Shown: positions 25,240 through 35,512 of the stretch, piece by piece
How the letters are laid out: the number at the start of each line of letters is the position of its first letter
Numbering within the stretch: position 1 is the stretch's first letter
Position numbers and translations under genes: made by a program
Notes under the pieces: generated by a model
What the model saw: the letters and a program-made list of their open reading frames with translations, nothing else
What the model was told of the DNA's origin: nothing
The model's database searches: none
NCBI GenBank assembly: GCA_964586255.1
Contig: CAZPGE010000005.1
Coordinates: 12,775 to 76,774 of the forward strand
Direction: 5' to 3'
Length of the DNA stretch: 64,000 nucleotides
From: an uncultured Candidatus Saccharibacteria bacterium
GTDB lineage: Bacteria; Patescibacteriota; Minisyncoccia; Phycocordibacterales; UBA2100

Positions 25240-25766
25240 TGCACTACGAAGTCAGAAAGAGCGCGCGAGCGCGGTACATGCGTCTCTCGGTGCATGCCGA
25301 TGGTGCGGTCGTCGTGACCGTGCCCCGTATCTTTCGCGGAGGGAATATCGATCACTTCGTAGCGATGCACGACGCGTGGATACAGCGTGCGCTCGCTCGT
25401 GTGCGAGGGAAGCGCGTCATACGTATCGCGCGCGCCGATATCGCGCGCTTGAAGCGCGAAGCGCACACGCTCACTGAGAGGCTCAGTGCAGAGTATGCGG
25501 CGCGCTATGGACTCACGCATGCCGCCATTTCTGTGCGTGCACAAAAGTCACGATGGGGGAGCTGCTCTAAGAAAGGGAACCTGAGTTTCAACTACAAAAT
25601 AGCAGCACTCCCACGCCATCTTGCGGAGTATGTAGTGGTCCACGAAGTGTGCCACCTTTCGGCGTTTGACCATTCAAAAAGATTCTGGGACCTTGTCGCG
25701 CGCGAAGTGCCCGACCACAAAGCGCGCAGAAAAGAGTTGCGTGCTCTTACCTTCGCTTTTTATTGA
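25239..25766 (+). CDS. YgjP-like metal-dependent hydrolase (DUF45/M48-like)
   Basis: HEVCH metal-binding motif (VVHEVCHLSAFDHS) and a YgjP-like N-terminus; TAATG overlap with ppiB. Confidence 0.7.
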   Translation: MHYEVRKSARARYMRLSVHADGAVVVTVPRIFRGGNIDHFVAMHDAWIQRALARVRGKRVIRIARADIARLKREAHTLTERLSAEYAARYGLTHAAISVRAQKSRWGSCSKKGNLSFNYKIAALPRHLAEYVVVHEVCHLSAFDHSKRFWDLVAREVPDHKARRKELRALTFAFY

Positions 25767-26371
25767 AGCGCTTCGAGCCACTCTCGCGCACGCTCGATAT
25801 CTTCGCTCACGAGGCTGTGCCCAGCGGGGCTCACGCGCATTTCCACCCAGGCGCCGGCCGCGCGCAGTACCGATTCAAGCTGCTTCGCTTCGCGCAGCGG
25901 CACCATCTCGTCTTCCTCTCCTGCCGCGATAAACGCGGGGAATCCTGCAAGGTCCGCTGTCGCATCAGGGAGCGCCGCTGACATCGGCCGAAAGAGGATT
26001 GCGCCGCGCAAAAGCGATGGATTGGTCGCGATGAGGTGTACCAAGATGTTGGCGCCGTTGGAGAATCCCACGCCCACGATTTCACTGAGGCCGTGCTTCT
26101 CGCGAATGGCTTCGATGAAGAGCGCGAGCTCACCGCTGCGCTTCTTGAGATCCGCGCGGTCGAGGACACCTTCAGCATGGCGCTTGAAAAAGCGCAGCAT
26201 TCCGCTTTCATTTACATTGCCACGGAGCGCCACGAGGGGAGCTGCACCATCGAGCTTCTCCGCGAGTGGGAGCATCTGCGTCTCGTCGCCGCCGGTGCCA
26301 TGCAAGAGGATGAGCGCGCGCGACCCTGCGCCCTCTTTAAATTCGTATTCGTATTCGTGAAGTTTATGCAT
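25760..26371 (-). CDS. Alpha/beta-hydrolase, phospholipase/carboxylesterase family
   Basis: HGTGGDE...GFSNGA (GxSxG nucleophile elbow)...DEMVP...AGH; start ATG at 26369-26371 overlaps the end of the upstream minus-strand gene. Confidence 0.75.
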   Translation of the reverse strand: MHKLHEYEYEFKEGAGSRALILLHGTGGDETQMLPLAEKLDGAAPLVALRGNVNESGMLRFFKRHAEGVLDRADLKKRSGELALFIEAIREKHGLSEIVGVGFSNGANILVHLIATNPSLLRGAILFRPMSAALPDATADLAGFPAFIAAGEEDEMVPLREAKQLESVLRAAGAWVEMRVSPAGHSLVSEDIERAREWLEALQ

Positions 26372-27317
26372 GAGGAAGTGTGAGGGGTGGGAGCGCGCGG
26401 AGGATCTCCTCGCGGTGCGGCTCATATTGTGGAGGGAGCTTGAGGCTCGTGCCAAGCGATTCGAGCGGTTCGTCTACTGTGAAGCCCGGGCTATCGGTCG
26501 CAATCTCAAAGAGGGCTCCGCCCGGCTCGCGGAAATAGACCGAGCGAAAATACATGCGCTCGATGACCGGTGTCGCATCCATGCCCACCGTGAGCATCTC
26601 CTCGCGCATGGCGGCTTCATCGGCGTCGCTCGCAGCGCGAAACGCGACATGGTGCATCGTGCCAGCGCCCATCTGGCCTCCCTGGAGGTCGGGGACCACG
26701 CGTGTGTAGAGGTATCTGCCGGCCGCATCGCCCTCAGTCTTGAAGCGCGTGAGTGCGCCGTCTTCGCCGTCTTGGGCATACCCAAAACTTTTCGTGAGAA
26801 AGTCGCGCGTACGTGCGAAGCCATCTTCGCTCATTGTGATCGCATGAAATCCGCGTATCGCGCTCTCCTCCGGTACGCCGCCTTTGCCCCAGGGCGCGAG
26901 CGGTGTCTCGTCCGGCACGAGCTCAAGCTCGAGTCCGTCGGGATCTCGCAATGAGAGGAGGGGAGAGCCGAAGCGTACGACTTCCGTATAGGGCGTCGCT
27001 TTCTCAGCGAAGTGTTGTTTCCAGAAATCGAGTGAAGAGGCCGGCACGGCAAACGCAATCGATGTGATCTCTCCGGTCCCAACAAGGCCCGGGCGGACCT
27101 GCGGCCACGCAAAGAAGGTGAGTGCGGTGCCGGGCTCGCCTGACTCATTGCCGAAGTAGAGATGGTACGCGCGTGGATCATCGAAATTGACTGTGAGTTT
27201 TACAAAACGAAGACCAAGAACCTGGGTATAAAAGTCGATGCATTTTTGCGCGTCGCCCGTGATGCCCGTGATGTGGTGGATACCGCGTGTATGCATCGGG
27301 ATAGTATACCTACTCAT
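26364..27317 (-). CDS. VOC-family ring-cleaving dioxygenase / glyoxalase-like (two VOC modules)
   Basis: IHHITGITGDAQKCIDFYTQVLGLRFV and a second GTMHHVAFRA module. Confidence 0.7.
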   Translation of the reverse strand: MSRYTIPMHTRGIHHITGITGDAQKCIDFYTQVLGLRFVKLTVNFDDPRAYHLYFGNESGEPGTALTFFAWPQVRPGLVGTGEITSIAFAVPASSLDFWKQHFAEKATPYTEVVRFGSPLLSLRDPDGLELELVPDETPLAPWGKGGVPEESAIRGFHAITMSEDGFARTRDFLTKSFGYAQDGEDGALTRFKTEGDAAGRYLYTRVVPDLQGGQMGAGTMHHVAFRAASDADEAAMREEMLTVGMDATPVIERMYFRSVYFREPGGALFEIATDSPGFTVDEPLESLGTSLKLPPQYEPHREEILRALPPLTLPHA

Positions 27318-27918
27318 GAGTGAAATAGCGCGTGAAGAACTTTGCTATGATTCGCTCATGACCGCACGCGCATGGCTTTCCCTCGGCGCCCTCTTCATCG
27401 TGGCGCAGGCGGGCATCCTGTACCTCTTAGGGCAACCGACCATCTGTGAATGCGGCATAGTGAAGGTGTGGGAGAGTGCGGTGCTCTCCGTGGGCAACTC
27501 ACAGCATCTTTCTGACTGGTATTCCTTTTCCCACATCATTCACGGCGTCATTTTCTATGCGCTGCTCACGTATTTCTTCCCGCGTATGCCGCTTTTTGCG
27601 CGCTTTGCATTTGCGGTAGGTATCGAAGTGGCGTGGGAGATACTCGAAAATACCCCGATGGTCATAGAGCACTATCGTCAGCAGGCGCTCGCGCAGGGGT
27701 ATGTAGGCGACTCAATACTCAATTCTGTATCCGACACGCTCATGATGGTGGGCGGTTTCTTCCTTGCGTGGCGACTCCCGACGTGGACGAGTGTGGCGCT
27801 CTGCATCCTTCTGGAAGTGTTTGTGATGTACATGATTCGAGATGGCCTCGCGCTCAATATACTGGGATTCGTGTACACACCGGAATTCATCGCATCGTGG
27901 CAGAATAGTGCGCAGTGA
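27316..27918 (+). CDS. Hypothetical integral membrane protein
   Basis: Five or six TM helices; TATACC 5 nt upstream of the ATG. Confidence 0.5.
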   Translation: MSEIAREELCYDSLMTARAWLSLGALFIVAQAGILYLLGQPTICECGIVKVWESAVLSVGNSQHLSDWYSFSHIIHGVIFYALLTYFFPRMPLFARFAFAVGIEVAWEILENTPMVIEHYRQQALAQGYVGDSILNSVSDTLMMVGGFFLAWRLPTWTSVALCILLEVFVMYMIRDGLALNILGFVYTPEFIASWQNSAQ

Positions 27919-27919
27919 C

Positions 27920-28612
27920 ATGGAAAATACCTCTGCACGAGAAATCATCTTTAAGCTGCTGGCGCTTGCAGGCGTACTCGCCGCGCTCTACTTTTTCTTT
28001 CGCGTCGTCGATATAGGGGAGATACAGTCGCACATCAAAGAGGCCGGTGTCTGGGCGCCGCTTCTCCTCATCGCAGCAAAAGCATCCACCATCGTCATCG
28101 CACCACTTACGGGCTCGCCGCTCTATCCGATTGCGGGCGCGCTCTTTGGCTTTTGGAAGGGTTTTTTCCTGCTCATCGTGGGTGACATGGTGGGTGGAAG
28201 CATCGCCTTCTGGCTGAGCCGCTTTTTTGGGCGGGGGCTTGCTGAGCGCCTCCTCGGAAGCGGCAACGAAGGCCTCATGTCAAAAGCGCTTGAGATGACG
28301 GGCTCAGTGCGAGGCTTTTTCCTCGCACGCCTCGGCTTTATCACCTTTCCGGAGGTACCAGCGTATGCGGCGGGGCTCTCCCGCATCCCATTCATTCCGT
28401 TTCTCCTCATCTATACCGTGGTAGGTGCACTCCCGACTGCGGTGACGACCGGCATCGGCGCGTTCCTCACCCAAGACAATAATTCACTGGTATTTACCGG
28501 CGTGCTTATCTTCGGCGCCGTCGTGAGCGGGGTTTCCATCCTGACCTTTATGAACCATGTGCAAAAAGAAGTGGATAAGTCGGCTACAAAAGAGCCCGGG
28601 GCGATAGACTAA
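27920..28612 (+). CDS. TVP38/TMEM64 (DedA/SNARE-associated) family membrane protein
   Basis: IAPLTGSPLYPIAGALFGFWKGFFLLIVGDMVGGSIAFWLSRFFGR. Confidence 0.75.
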   Translation: MENTSAREIIFKLLALAGVLAALYFFFRVVDIGEIQSHIKEAGVWAPLLLIAAKASTIVIAPLTGSPLYPIAGALFGFWKGFFLLIVGDMVGGSIAFWLSRFFGRGLAERLLGSGNEGLMSKALEMTGSVRGFFLARLGFITFPEVPAYAAGLSRIPFIPFLLIYTVVGALPTAVTTGIGAFLTQDNNSLVFTGVLIFGAVVSGVSILTFMNHVQKEVDKSATKEPGAID

Positions 28613-28618
28613 GCCTAT

Positions 28619-28789
28619 ATGGCGAAGAACGGTGTAAAGGGCAAGGGCCGGACAGGTACGGTCAAGGGTCGCACGCAAGTCCTCTCGTCGCGCAATAAGC
28701 GCTGGACGAAAGTGGATGCTGCATCGGGGCGCTTCACCGACCAGATGAAGAAGAAGGGTCGAGCCTTCAAGGGCGTCAAGATGAAGTAG
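28619..28789 (+). CDS. Small Lys/Arg-rich basic protein (56 aa), hypothetical
   Basis: MAKNGVKGKGRTGTVKGRTQVLSSRNKRWTKVDAASGRFTDQMKKKGRAFKGVKMK; a 6-nt gap after the upstream stop. Below the ORF-track cutoff. Confidence 0.35.
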   Translation: MAKNGVKGKGRTGTVKGRTQVLSSRNKRWTKVDAASGRFTDQMKKKGRAFKGVKMK

Positions 28790-28843
28790 CTCCCTCGGGG
28801 CATAGGAAAGCACGCCGCAATCGTGTATTCTGTACGCGACGGT

Positions 28844-29125
28844 ATGGATGACTTCTTGAAGATGGATATATTCTTTGTGGTCGCCACGATAGCGGTCACT
28901 GTCGTGGGAGTGCTCATCGCGTACGCATTGGTGCGTATCTTGCGTATCTTGCGCAACGTCGAGAAGCTCTCCGAGACAGTCTCGACCGAGGCTCAGTTTA
29001 TCCGGGCGGACATCGATGATATGCGCACGAACATTCGTGCCGAGGGTTTCAAGTGGGCTCATCTTGCGCGTTTTGCACGTGCAAGTGCGAAGCGGTTTAT
29101 GGGCGGTGACGTTAATAAAAAGTAA
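28844..29125 (+). CDS. Hypothetical membrane protein (TM helix plus coiled-coil, DUF948-like architecture)
   Basis: MDDFLKMDIFFVVATIAVTVVGVLIAYALVRIL followed by a charged helix. Confidence 0.45.
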   Translation: MDDFLKMDIFFVVATIAVTVVGVLIAYALVRILRILRNVEKLSETVSTEAQFIRADIDDMRTNIRAEGFKWAHLARFARASAKRFMGGDVNKK

Positions 29126-29138
29126 TCGAATATATAGT

Positions 29139-29549
29139 ATGGCAACAAAAAAAACGCAGAAGAAGGGAGGAAAGGGTCTCGCGATAGGGGCACTCGCCGC
29201 GGGAGCAGCCGCTGCAGCGGCGGCGGGATACTTCTTCTACGCAAGTCCTGACGCAAAGAAGAATCGCAAAATAGCCGCGAAGTGGGCGGGTGATATGAAG
29301 AAGGATGTGGTGCGCGAGGCAAAGAAGCTCAAGAATATCGACAAGGCACAGCTCGCGGGCATCGTCGATGAAGCCGCCGCTGCATACGCCTCAGTAAAGA
29401 ATGTCGACAAGAAAGACATCATAAAGGCGGCCAAAGAACTCAAGGCCAACTGGAAGATGCTTGCCGCGGAGCTTCCGCGGGTCTCGGTAAAGAAGGCGGT
29501 CAAATCGGCAGCAAAGAAGTCGACTAAGAAGACTGCGCGCAAGAGCTAG
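29139..29549 (+). CDS. Hypothetical Lys/Ala-rich membrane-anchored protein
   Basis: MATKKTQKKGGKGLAIGALAAGAAAAAAAGYFFY followed by a K-rich helical region. Confidence 0.45.
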   Translation: MATKKTQKKGGKGLAIGALAAGAAAAAAAGYFFYASPDAKKNRKIAAKWAGDMKKDVVREAKKLKNIDKAQLAGIVDEAAAAYASVKNVDKKDIIKAAKELKANWKMLAAELPRVSVKKAVKSAAKKSTKKTARKS

Positions 29550-29615
29550 CGAAGAGTGCGTTGTCCCGGTGTAGGCGCCCCTTGATTTTCTATCTCAAGG
29601 GGTATACTTGCCTCT

Positions 29616-29894
29616 ATGACATCAAACACATCACTTATCACGGCTGCGATACTGCTCGTCGTGCTCCTTGCGGCATATGGCTACGTATCCGTGAGTCGCT
29701 TTGAAGTACCCGCAGCAAAGACGGTACAGCTCGCAAATCCTGCGTCGACGCACTGCGCAGATATAGGTGGCACACTCGAGATTCGCGAAGACGCAGTCGG
29801 TGCGCAGACAGGATATTGCGTACTTCAAGATGGTCGCGTCTGTGAAGAGTGGACGCTTTTCCGAGACAACACCTGTACGCAGCCGCAGCAATAA
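29616..29894 (+). CDS. DUF333-domain protein (putative hemolysin-like, Cys-rich)
   Basis: HCADIGGTLEIREDAVGAQTGYCVLQDGRVCEEWTLFRDNTC; GGTATACT 6 nt upstream. Confidence 0.6.
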   Translation: MTSNTSLITAAILLVVLLAAYGYVSVSRFEVPAAKTVQLANPASTHCADIGGTLEIREDAVGAQTGYCVLQDGRVCEEWTLFRDNTCTQPQQ

Positions 29895-29901
29895 CACGCA
29901 T

Positions 29902-30534
29902 ATGAGCGAATCGACAAAAATACTCGTAGGCCTCGTAGCACTTTTTCTCCTATGCGGTGCCACCTATTTCCTCGTGCGGAACAACGAGCTGAAAGCGGCT
30001 CCCCAGAGCCCGGCTGCTACCACGTACACAAATACAGAGTACGGCTACTCCTTCTCACATGATCCGGCACTCACACTCATCGAATTCACTCCGGAGTACG
30101 TGACACTCGAGGACCAAGGGGCTGCGGAGCCCAACGAGGTCGTTCAGGTCGCCGTAGAGAATGCCGACATCTCCGAATCGTTTGAAAGCGCAGAGGAATA
30201 CGCGAGGACGCGCGCACTTGTTTTCTGTGCGGCCGATGGTCCCACCGCATCGATGAGGTGCACACGCACGACTCGTACGGAACCTTTCACCACCGCGACA
30301 GGTATCACGGGGGAGGTTTTCTATCTTGAGTTTGTCGAGACGCGCGGAGAGGAGGTGGCCACGCGCGAGGCGGGACCTTTCTTTGCATTCAATGTGTCAA
30401 TGGATACGCCGGGGAGCGGATACAGTGCGCTCATATTCCGACCCGCGCGTTTTCATGAGGAGAGTGCAGCGTACGACAGGGGAGCACAGGCGACGCTCGA
30501 TGTCGTCAACACACTGAAGATTTTCGCACGATAG
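29902..30534 (+). CDS. Hypothetical secreted protein
   Basis: TM or signal anchor KILVGLVALFLLCGATYFLV; no domain recognised. Confidence 0.5.
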   Translation: MSESTKILVGLVALFLLCGATYFLVRNNELKAAPQSPAATTYTNTEYGYSFSHDPALTLIEFTPEYVTLEDQGAAEPNEVVQVAVENADISESFESAEEYARTRALVFCAADGPTASMRCTRTTRTEPFTTATGITGEVFYLEFVETRGEEVATREAGPFFAFNVSMDTPGSGYSALIFRPARFHEESAAYDRGAQATLDVVNTLKIFAR

Positions 30535-30589
30535 TGTTCACGAGGTGTTCATCATCTCCGTGGTGTAATGGGCATGCGTCCGTACTCCC

Positions 30590-31183
30590 ATGAAACGAAA
30601 ACTTGTCTTTCTCATAACACTCGTCGCGCTTGTCGCTTTTGGCGGTACGCTCGTGAGTGCGACATGGTATGCGCCCGAGAGCGAGGTGCTGGTGCCTCTT
30701 TTTGAAGAGGGAACGTCGATCGATCGTGTATCGACGACAAGTCAACCGGCGCGACTCATTGTGCCGTCGCTTGAAGTCGACGCGGATATCCAGTACGTCG
30801 GGGTTACCAAAGATGGAAACATGGGCGTACCGTCCAACTTTGCCGACGTGGGCTGGTACAAATATGGCACAATACCCGGCCGGCAAGGGAGCGCGGTCAT
30901 TGATGGGCATGTCGACAACGCGATTGGTCTCGCGGGTGTGTTTAAGAACTTGAGCACGATGAAAGTCGGAGAGAGCGTCTATGTGCAGACAAAGGGCGGC
31001 GAGAAGCTCCGCTTCATCGTCACCGACGTGGTGACATACGGGTACAAAGATGTGCCGGTGGAGACTCTCTTCAACCGCAAAGATGCGCGGAGGCTCAACC
31101 TTGTCACGTGCGGAGGCTCCTGGATTCAGACCGAAAAGACCTACGACGAGCGTACGGTGGTCTATACCGTCCTTGCACCCTGA
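30590..31183 (+). CDS. Sortase-family transpeptidase (class E/F-like)
   Basis: N-terminal TM anchor; catalytic His (AVIDGHVD), TLxTC motif (NLVTCGG) and conserved Arg (ERTVVY). Confidence 0.8.
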   Translation: MKRKLVFLITLVALVAFGGTLVSATWYAPESEVLVPLFEEGTSIDRVSTTSQPARLIVPSLEVDADIQYVGVTKDGNMGVPSNFADVGWYKYGTIPGRQGSAVIDGHVDNAIGLAGVFKNLSTMKVGESVYVQTKGGEKLRFIVTDVVTYGYKDVPVETLFNRKDARRLNLVTCGGSWIQTEKTYDERTVVYTVLAP

Positions 31184-31199
31184 TGCTATGATATGAGCC

Positions 31200-32288
31200 A
31201 TGCTTAAAGCGCCATTTTTTGACCCGAATAAGACGTATACAGAGAATTGGGAGCAGGGACCTTTTAATGATTTTGCCGACGGTGTCGTCGTAGAGAGCCC
31301 CCCAGAGAGCGGAAGCGAGCCACGATTTACATTTCTCGGACAGAAACTCAACTACCCACTCGGTATTCCCGCAGGACCTCTGCTCAACGGTGCGTACGTA
31401 AAGGCCGCGCTCGATAAGGGTTTTGATGTGCCCGTGCACAAGACGGTTCGTTCGAGAGTGCGCGAATCGAATCTCTGGCCCAATGTGCTCGGCGCGGATA
31501 TCCCGGGTGACCTCACGCTTGAGATGGCGCAGAAACCTATCGTGGTGCGCAATGAATACACAGAGCCGCTCTCTATCACCAATTCCTTTGGCAATCCATC
31601 GTACGAGCCTGCGGTGTGGCAAAAGGATTTGCGCGAGTGCATCGCTCACGCGAAGCCGGGTCAACTGGTCATGTGCAGCTTCGAAGGCACGAAGTGGGAA
31701 GAAAGCTTTACACCGGAGGATTACATACAAGACTGGGCCGACGGCATGCAGCTCCTTAAAGACGCGGGAGTGAAAGTCGTGGAGGCAAATTTCTCGTGTC
31801 CCAACGAGGGAGCGGCACAACTGCTCTGCTTTGACATACCGAAAGTGAAGAAAGTGTCACAAGCTATAAAAGACAAAATAGGCGACACGCCGCTCGTCAT
31901 AAAAATCGCGTACTTCGGCGAGGCGGAATTGCGCGAGCTTGTGAAAGAAGTCGGTAGTGTCGTCGATGGATTTTCGGCAATCAATACCATCCCAGCTCCT
32001 GTCGTACATCCCGATGGTTCTCAGGCACTCCCGGGTGCGCATCGCGTGAAGAGTGGCATCTGCGGGCATGCGGTCAAATGGGCTGGACTCGATATGGTGC
32101 GCCGCCTCAAATCGCTTCGTGAAGAGTACGGCATGCACTATGGAATTATCGGATGTGGCGGGGTCACCGTACCTGCCGATTTCAAAGAATACCGCGATGC
32201 CGGAGCCGATGTGGTCATGACAGCGACGGGCGCCATGTGGAACGGGTACCTCGCAAAAGATATTCGAGCCGCATACCCTGATGCGTGA
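31200..32288 (+). CDS. Dihydroorotate-dehydrogenase-family flavoprotein (PyrD/PreA-like)
   Basis: NYPLGIPAGP..., active-site NFSCPN and IIGCGGV FMN-binding motifs. Confidence 0.6.
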   Translation: MLKAPFFDPNKTYTENWEQGPFNDFADGVVVESPPESGSEPRFTFLGQKLNYPLGIPAGPLLNGAYVKAALDKGFDVPVHKTVRSRVRESNLWPNVLGADIPGDLTLEMAQKPIVVRNEYTEPLSITNSFGNPSYEPAVWQKDLRECIAHAKPGQLVMCSFEGTKWEESFTPEDYIQDWADGMQLLKDAGVKVVEANFSCPNEGAAQLLCFDIPKVKKVSQAIKDKIGDTPLVIKIAYFGEAELRELVKEVGSVVDGFSAINTIPAPVVHPDGSQALPGAHRVKSGICGHAVKWAGLDMVRRLKSLREEYGMHYGIIGCGGVTVPADFKEYRDAGADVVMTATGAMWNGYLAKDIRAAYPDA

Positions 32289-33270
32289 GGCAATCCGTGC
32301 GTGCGCGGAGGCGGCTCTCAGCGCGCACGTCTTTCCTGGTTGCGCGGTGGGTATCGTGACGCAAGATGGCGCGACCGAGGTGGTGTCAGTGGGCACACAT
32401 ACGTATGAAGTGAATGCTCGTGCGGTGAACGCGGCAACGCTCTACGATGTCGCATCGATTACGAAGTCTATTCCCACTGCATCTCTCGCACTTGTTCTCG
32501 TCGAAGAGGGAGTCCTGTCGCTCGACGAATTGGTAAAGACCTCTCTACCAGAATTGCAGAACGACTTCGGAGCAAGGATACGCGACCTGCTCACCTACAC
32601 GGTAGCCGGCCCACGACTCTCCGAACTCAAAGAGCTTCCCGCAGAGAAGATGCTCGCTACAATTTTTGAGCGCGGTTTCGAAGGGCCGCCAGCCGAATCG
32701 AAATACACCAATCTTCCGGCACTTCTCTTGGGAATAATCCTCGAGCGTCGCATGAATACCACACTCGATATTCTTGCGAGACGCTATTTCTTTGACCCGC
32801 TAAAAATGCACGATACGGCTTTTTATGCCGGCGCGGCCTTTGTGCGCGCAGCACCGACGGAGTTGGAGGACTGGCGCGGCATGGTCTCCGGAGTCACGCA
32901 CGACGAAAGTGCATATACCCTCGCCAAGGCCGGACGCGCAGCAGGTCATGCGGGGCTTTTCTCCACAACAAACGATATCCTCGTATATCTGCACGCTCTT
33001 TTAGAAGAAAAAGACGCGCGTATGCGTGCGATTGTCCGCGGCGCTGAACAGGGTCTGGGTTGGCAGGTAGGGCAGGCCGCATGGATGGGCAACCTCGCGA
33101 GCCCCACGACTTTTGGGAAGACCGGCTTTACGGGTACGAGCGTCGTGGTCGACAGAGAACGTGGTGTCGCATTCTCCATCCTTTCCAACAGGACGTACCC
33201 GAAGCGACCGCCTATTGATGATGCGATTTACGCTTTCCGAGAAGACATTGCCAACATCATCCTTACCTGA
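32281..33270 (+). CDS. Serine hydrolase, beta-lactamase/PBP4*-like family
   Basis: SxxK active site (ASITKS) and a later YAL/GHAGLF region. Confidence 0.7.
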   Translation: MREAIRACAEAALSAHVFPGCAVGIVTQDGATEVVSVGTHTYEVNARAVNAATLYDVASITKSIPTASLALVLVEEGVLSLDELVKTSLPELQNDFGARIRDLLTYTVAGPRLSELKELPAEKMLATIFERGFEGPPAESKYTNLPALLLGIILERRMNTTLDILARRYFFDPLKMHDTAFYAGAAFVRAAPTELEDWRGMVSGVTHDESAYTLAKAGRAAGHAGLFSTTNDILVYLHALLEEKDARMRAIVRGAEQGLGWQVGQAAWMGNLASPTTFGKTGFTGTSVVVDRERGVAFSILSNRTYPKRPPIDDAIYAFREDIANIILT

Positions 33271-35029
33271 CAGTGACACTCTTCGCGATATTTCGCGGTT
33301 TGTCGACGTTGTGCTTTAGGGTGACCGCCATGAAATACGCGAGGAGCTGGAGGGGGATTACGTTCACGATTGCGGTCGTCTCTCCGCTGTCGGGCACCGG
33401 TAGGTAGTGACTGAAACTCTTCTCTGACTCAGGCGCGATACCAAATACACTGGCGCCGCGCGCATGTACCTCGTGTACGGCATTGAGTGTGTCGTTCTTT
33501 ACGGCGTCGTTGGATACGGTAACTATCACATTCACGCCCGGCTCCATAAGCGTAATGGCGTAGTGCTTGAGATCGCCCGCAGCGATTGCGTGCGCGTGCA
33601 CATACGCACCTTCAATCATCTTGACCATGCCTTCCTTGATGATTTGGAGATTTTGACCTTTTCCAAGGAGGAATATGTCTTTGCTTTTTGAGAGTCGCTT
33701 TGCATGTTCCTCTATACGTGACATGTACTTCTTGTCGCGAAGCATGTTCTCGATCGTGAGGGCTGTACGCTTGAGATTCCGTTTGCCCGCGGGAAGCGTG
33801 CCCTCTACAGCCTTCGCAAGGAGATACCCCCACGCAATCTGGGAGACAAATATCTTTGTCGACATGACGCAAATTTCGGGACCGGCGTGTGCCATGAATG
33901 CATAGTCGGAGAGGCGCGTCATCATGCTGCCCGGCATGTTTACAAACGACGCTATCTTTGCGCCGCGCTTCTTTGCTATCTCGAGTACCTCGAGCACGTC
34001 GGCTGTCTCGCCGCTTTGCGACGGCGCTATGAGCAGGTCCTTTGGACCTATGAGATCCCGATAGTCAGATGCTTCAGCGCCGATAAGTGAAATCGCGGGG
34101 ATGCCGCCGTACACGCGGAGGTAGTACGCGATTTGTGCTGCTGCGGCGCCCGCCGTGCCGGAGCCGATGCAATACACGGCTCGCGCTTTTTTGATGGCGC
34201 GGGCAAGAGCCATGTAGGTGTCCTCGGATTCGTGGGTCACCTGTCGCAATACGAAAGGTGCTTCGTGGATCTCTTTGAGCATGAAGTGCGGATACGTACC
34301 CTTGTCGACCGCGACGTCTTTGAGCAGATTCTTCTCGCGCTTTGCGCGGATCGCCTTGCCGGAAGCTATGTCGTACACGGCAAATGTGCCCGCCTGGTAC
34401 ACGGCCATCTGGCCGTTGTCGAGTACGAGTGTCTCTTTGACGTGGGGCGCAAATGAGAATATGTCGGAAGAGAAGTACACTTCCGAATCTTTTGCTCCGA
34501 ACCCGACGACAAGGGGGGAGCCGTTGCGTGCGGCGATAATGTCGCCGTTTTTCGCAAGCACGATGATGGTGTTGCGACCCGTGAGTTCTTTAAACGCAGC
34601 ACGCACGGCGTCTTTCAGCGGGAGTCGTTTGGAGAGCTTCTTCTCGACGAGGCGCACAATCGACTCGGTGTCGGTCTCCGTGATGAATCGGTAGCCTTCT
34701 TTGATGAGCGCACTTTTTATCACATCGGCATTCTCAGCGATGCCGTTGTGCGCCAGGATAAATGATTTGTCAGAAGAGAAATGCGGATGCGCGTTGATTT
34801 CTGTGACTGCGCCGTGCGTCGCCCAGCGGGTATGTCCGATACCAACCGAGCTCTGGGGGAGTGACTGCGTCTTTCCGACGATGCCGACTTTCTTCCCGAC
34901 ATGGAGACCGTCGTGCACCACGCCGATACCCCAACTGTCGTACCCGCGGTAATCAAGCCTTTGCAGTCCTTCCAAGACCGCACCCGCGGCGTCTCGCTTT
35001 ACGCCGGTATACCCAAATATTCCACACAT
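33263..35029 (-). CDS. glmS: Glutamine--fructose-6-phosphate aminotransferase
   Basis: MCGIFGYTG N-terminal nucleophile, SIS domains, C-terminal ...KSVTV(E/R). The true start is the Met of MCGIF at 35027-35029; the upstream MRAIALIR extension in the ORF track is spurious. Confidence 0.9.
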   Translation of the reverse strand: MCGIFGYTGVKRDAAGAVLEGLQRLDYRGYDSWGIGVVHDGLHVGKKVGIVGKTQSLPQSSVGIGHTRWATHGAVTEINAHPHFSSDKSFILAHNGIAENADVIKSALIKEGYRFITETDTESIVRLVEKKLSKRLPLKDAVRAAFKELTGRNTIIVLAKNGDIIAARNGSPLVVGFGAKDSEVYFSSDIFSFAPHVKETLVLDNGQMAVYQAGTFAVYDIASGKAIRAKREKNLLKDVAVDKGTYPHFMLKEIHEAPFVLRQVTHESEDTYMALARAIKKARAVYCIGSGTAGAAAAQIAYYLRVYGGIPAISLIGAEASDYRDLIGPKDLLIAPSQSGETADVLEVLEIAKKRGAKIASFVNMPGSMMTRLSDYAFMAHAGPEICVMSTKIFVSQIAWGYLLAKAVEGTLPAGKRNLKRTALTIENMLRDKKYMSRIEEHAKRLSKSKDIFLLGKGQNLQIIKEGMVKMIEGAYVHAHAIAAGDLKHYAITLMEPGVNVIVTVSNDAVKNDTLNAVHEVHARGASVFGIAPESEKSFSHYLPVPDSGETTAIVNVIPLQLLAYFMAVTLKHNVDKPRNIAKSVTVR

Positions 35030-35483
35030 ACGTATGAGTGCGATTGCTCGCAATTATGGAAAAGCGACTCCCGTCATTTTTTCTTTGTGCCCGCCGTTAC
35101 CGACGGGATTTCAAAAAAATGTTTCGGTAGGGAGACTACCGGAGGGTTTCCGCAGATACTATGCGCCGCTTCGCATGTCCGATTGTCGTCCGCCATTCGC
35201 CATCCGGCGAAGGCGGACCGACCCCTCTCCTCGTATCCCCAAATATGGGGCCACACGCTCTAAGAAACACATTCGCTTTCCGTTTTCTAATCACCGTCCC
35301 TGGGACGGCTCTCCACACAATACATCCGGTACGGAGGTGTGCAATGCACCCTTGCGCGATTCTCATGGTGTGCTAATTTCGAGATATGGCCCAGCGACGT
35401 CATATGATGAAGCGTCCTACGACCTCCCCTGAGGCGGCTGTTGCCATGCACGAGTAAACACATCATCCCGAGCAAGACAATCA

Positions 35484-35512
35484 AGACCCCGCCTCCTCAG
35501 GCGGGGTCTTTT
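35484..35512 (+). terminator. Terminator-like hairpin on the + strand inside the long ORF-free region upstream of glmS and upstream of gene 35610
   Basis: CCCCGCCTCCTCAGGCGGGG tcttttg. Confidence 0.35.

Noticed and set aside
35029-35053. MRAIALIR N-terminal extension on glmS in the ORF track
   Set aside because: GlmS requires Cys directly after the initiator Met (MCGIF), so the true start is the internal Met at 35027-35029.
35034-35432. 132-aa + strand ORF in the glmS upstream region
   Set aside because: Arg/Pro-rich, low-complexity translation with no RBS or promoter context; judged non-coding.
35054-35500. glmS ribozyme upstream of glmS
   Set aside because: Only a partial resemblance (ACGAGGAG...UUCGCCGGAUGGCG). 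The defining AGCGCC cleavage-site helix, UUAUCGAA and the P2.1 pseudoknot partners are not found. Kept only as an unexplained structured region.
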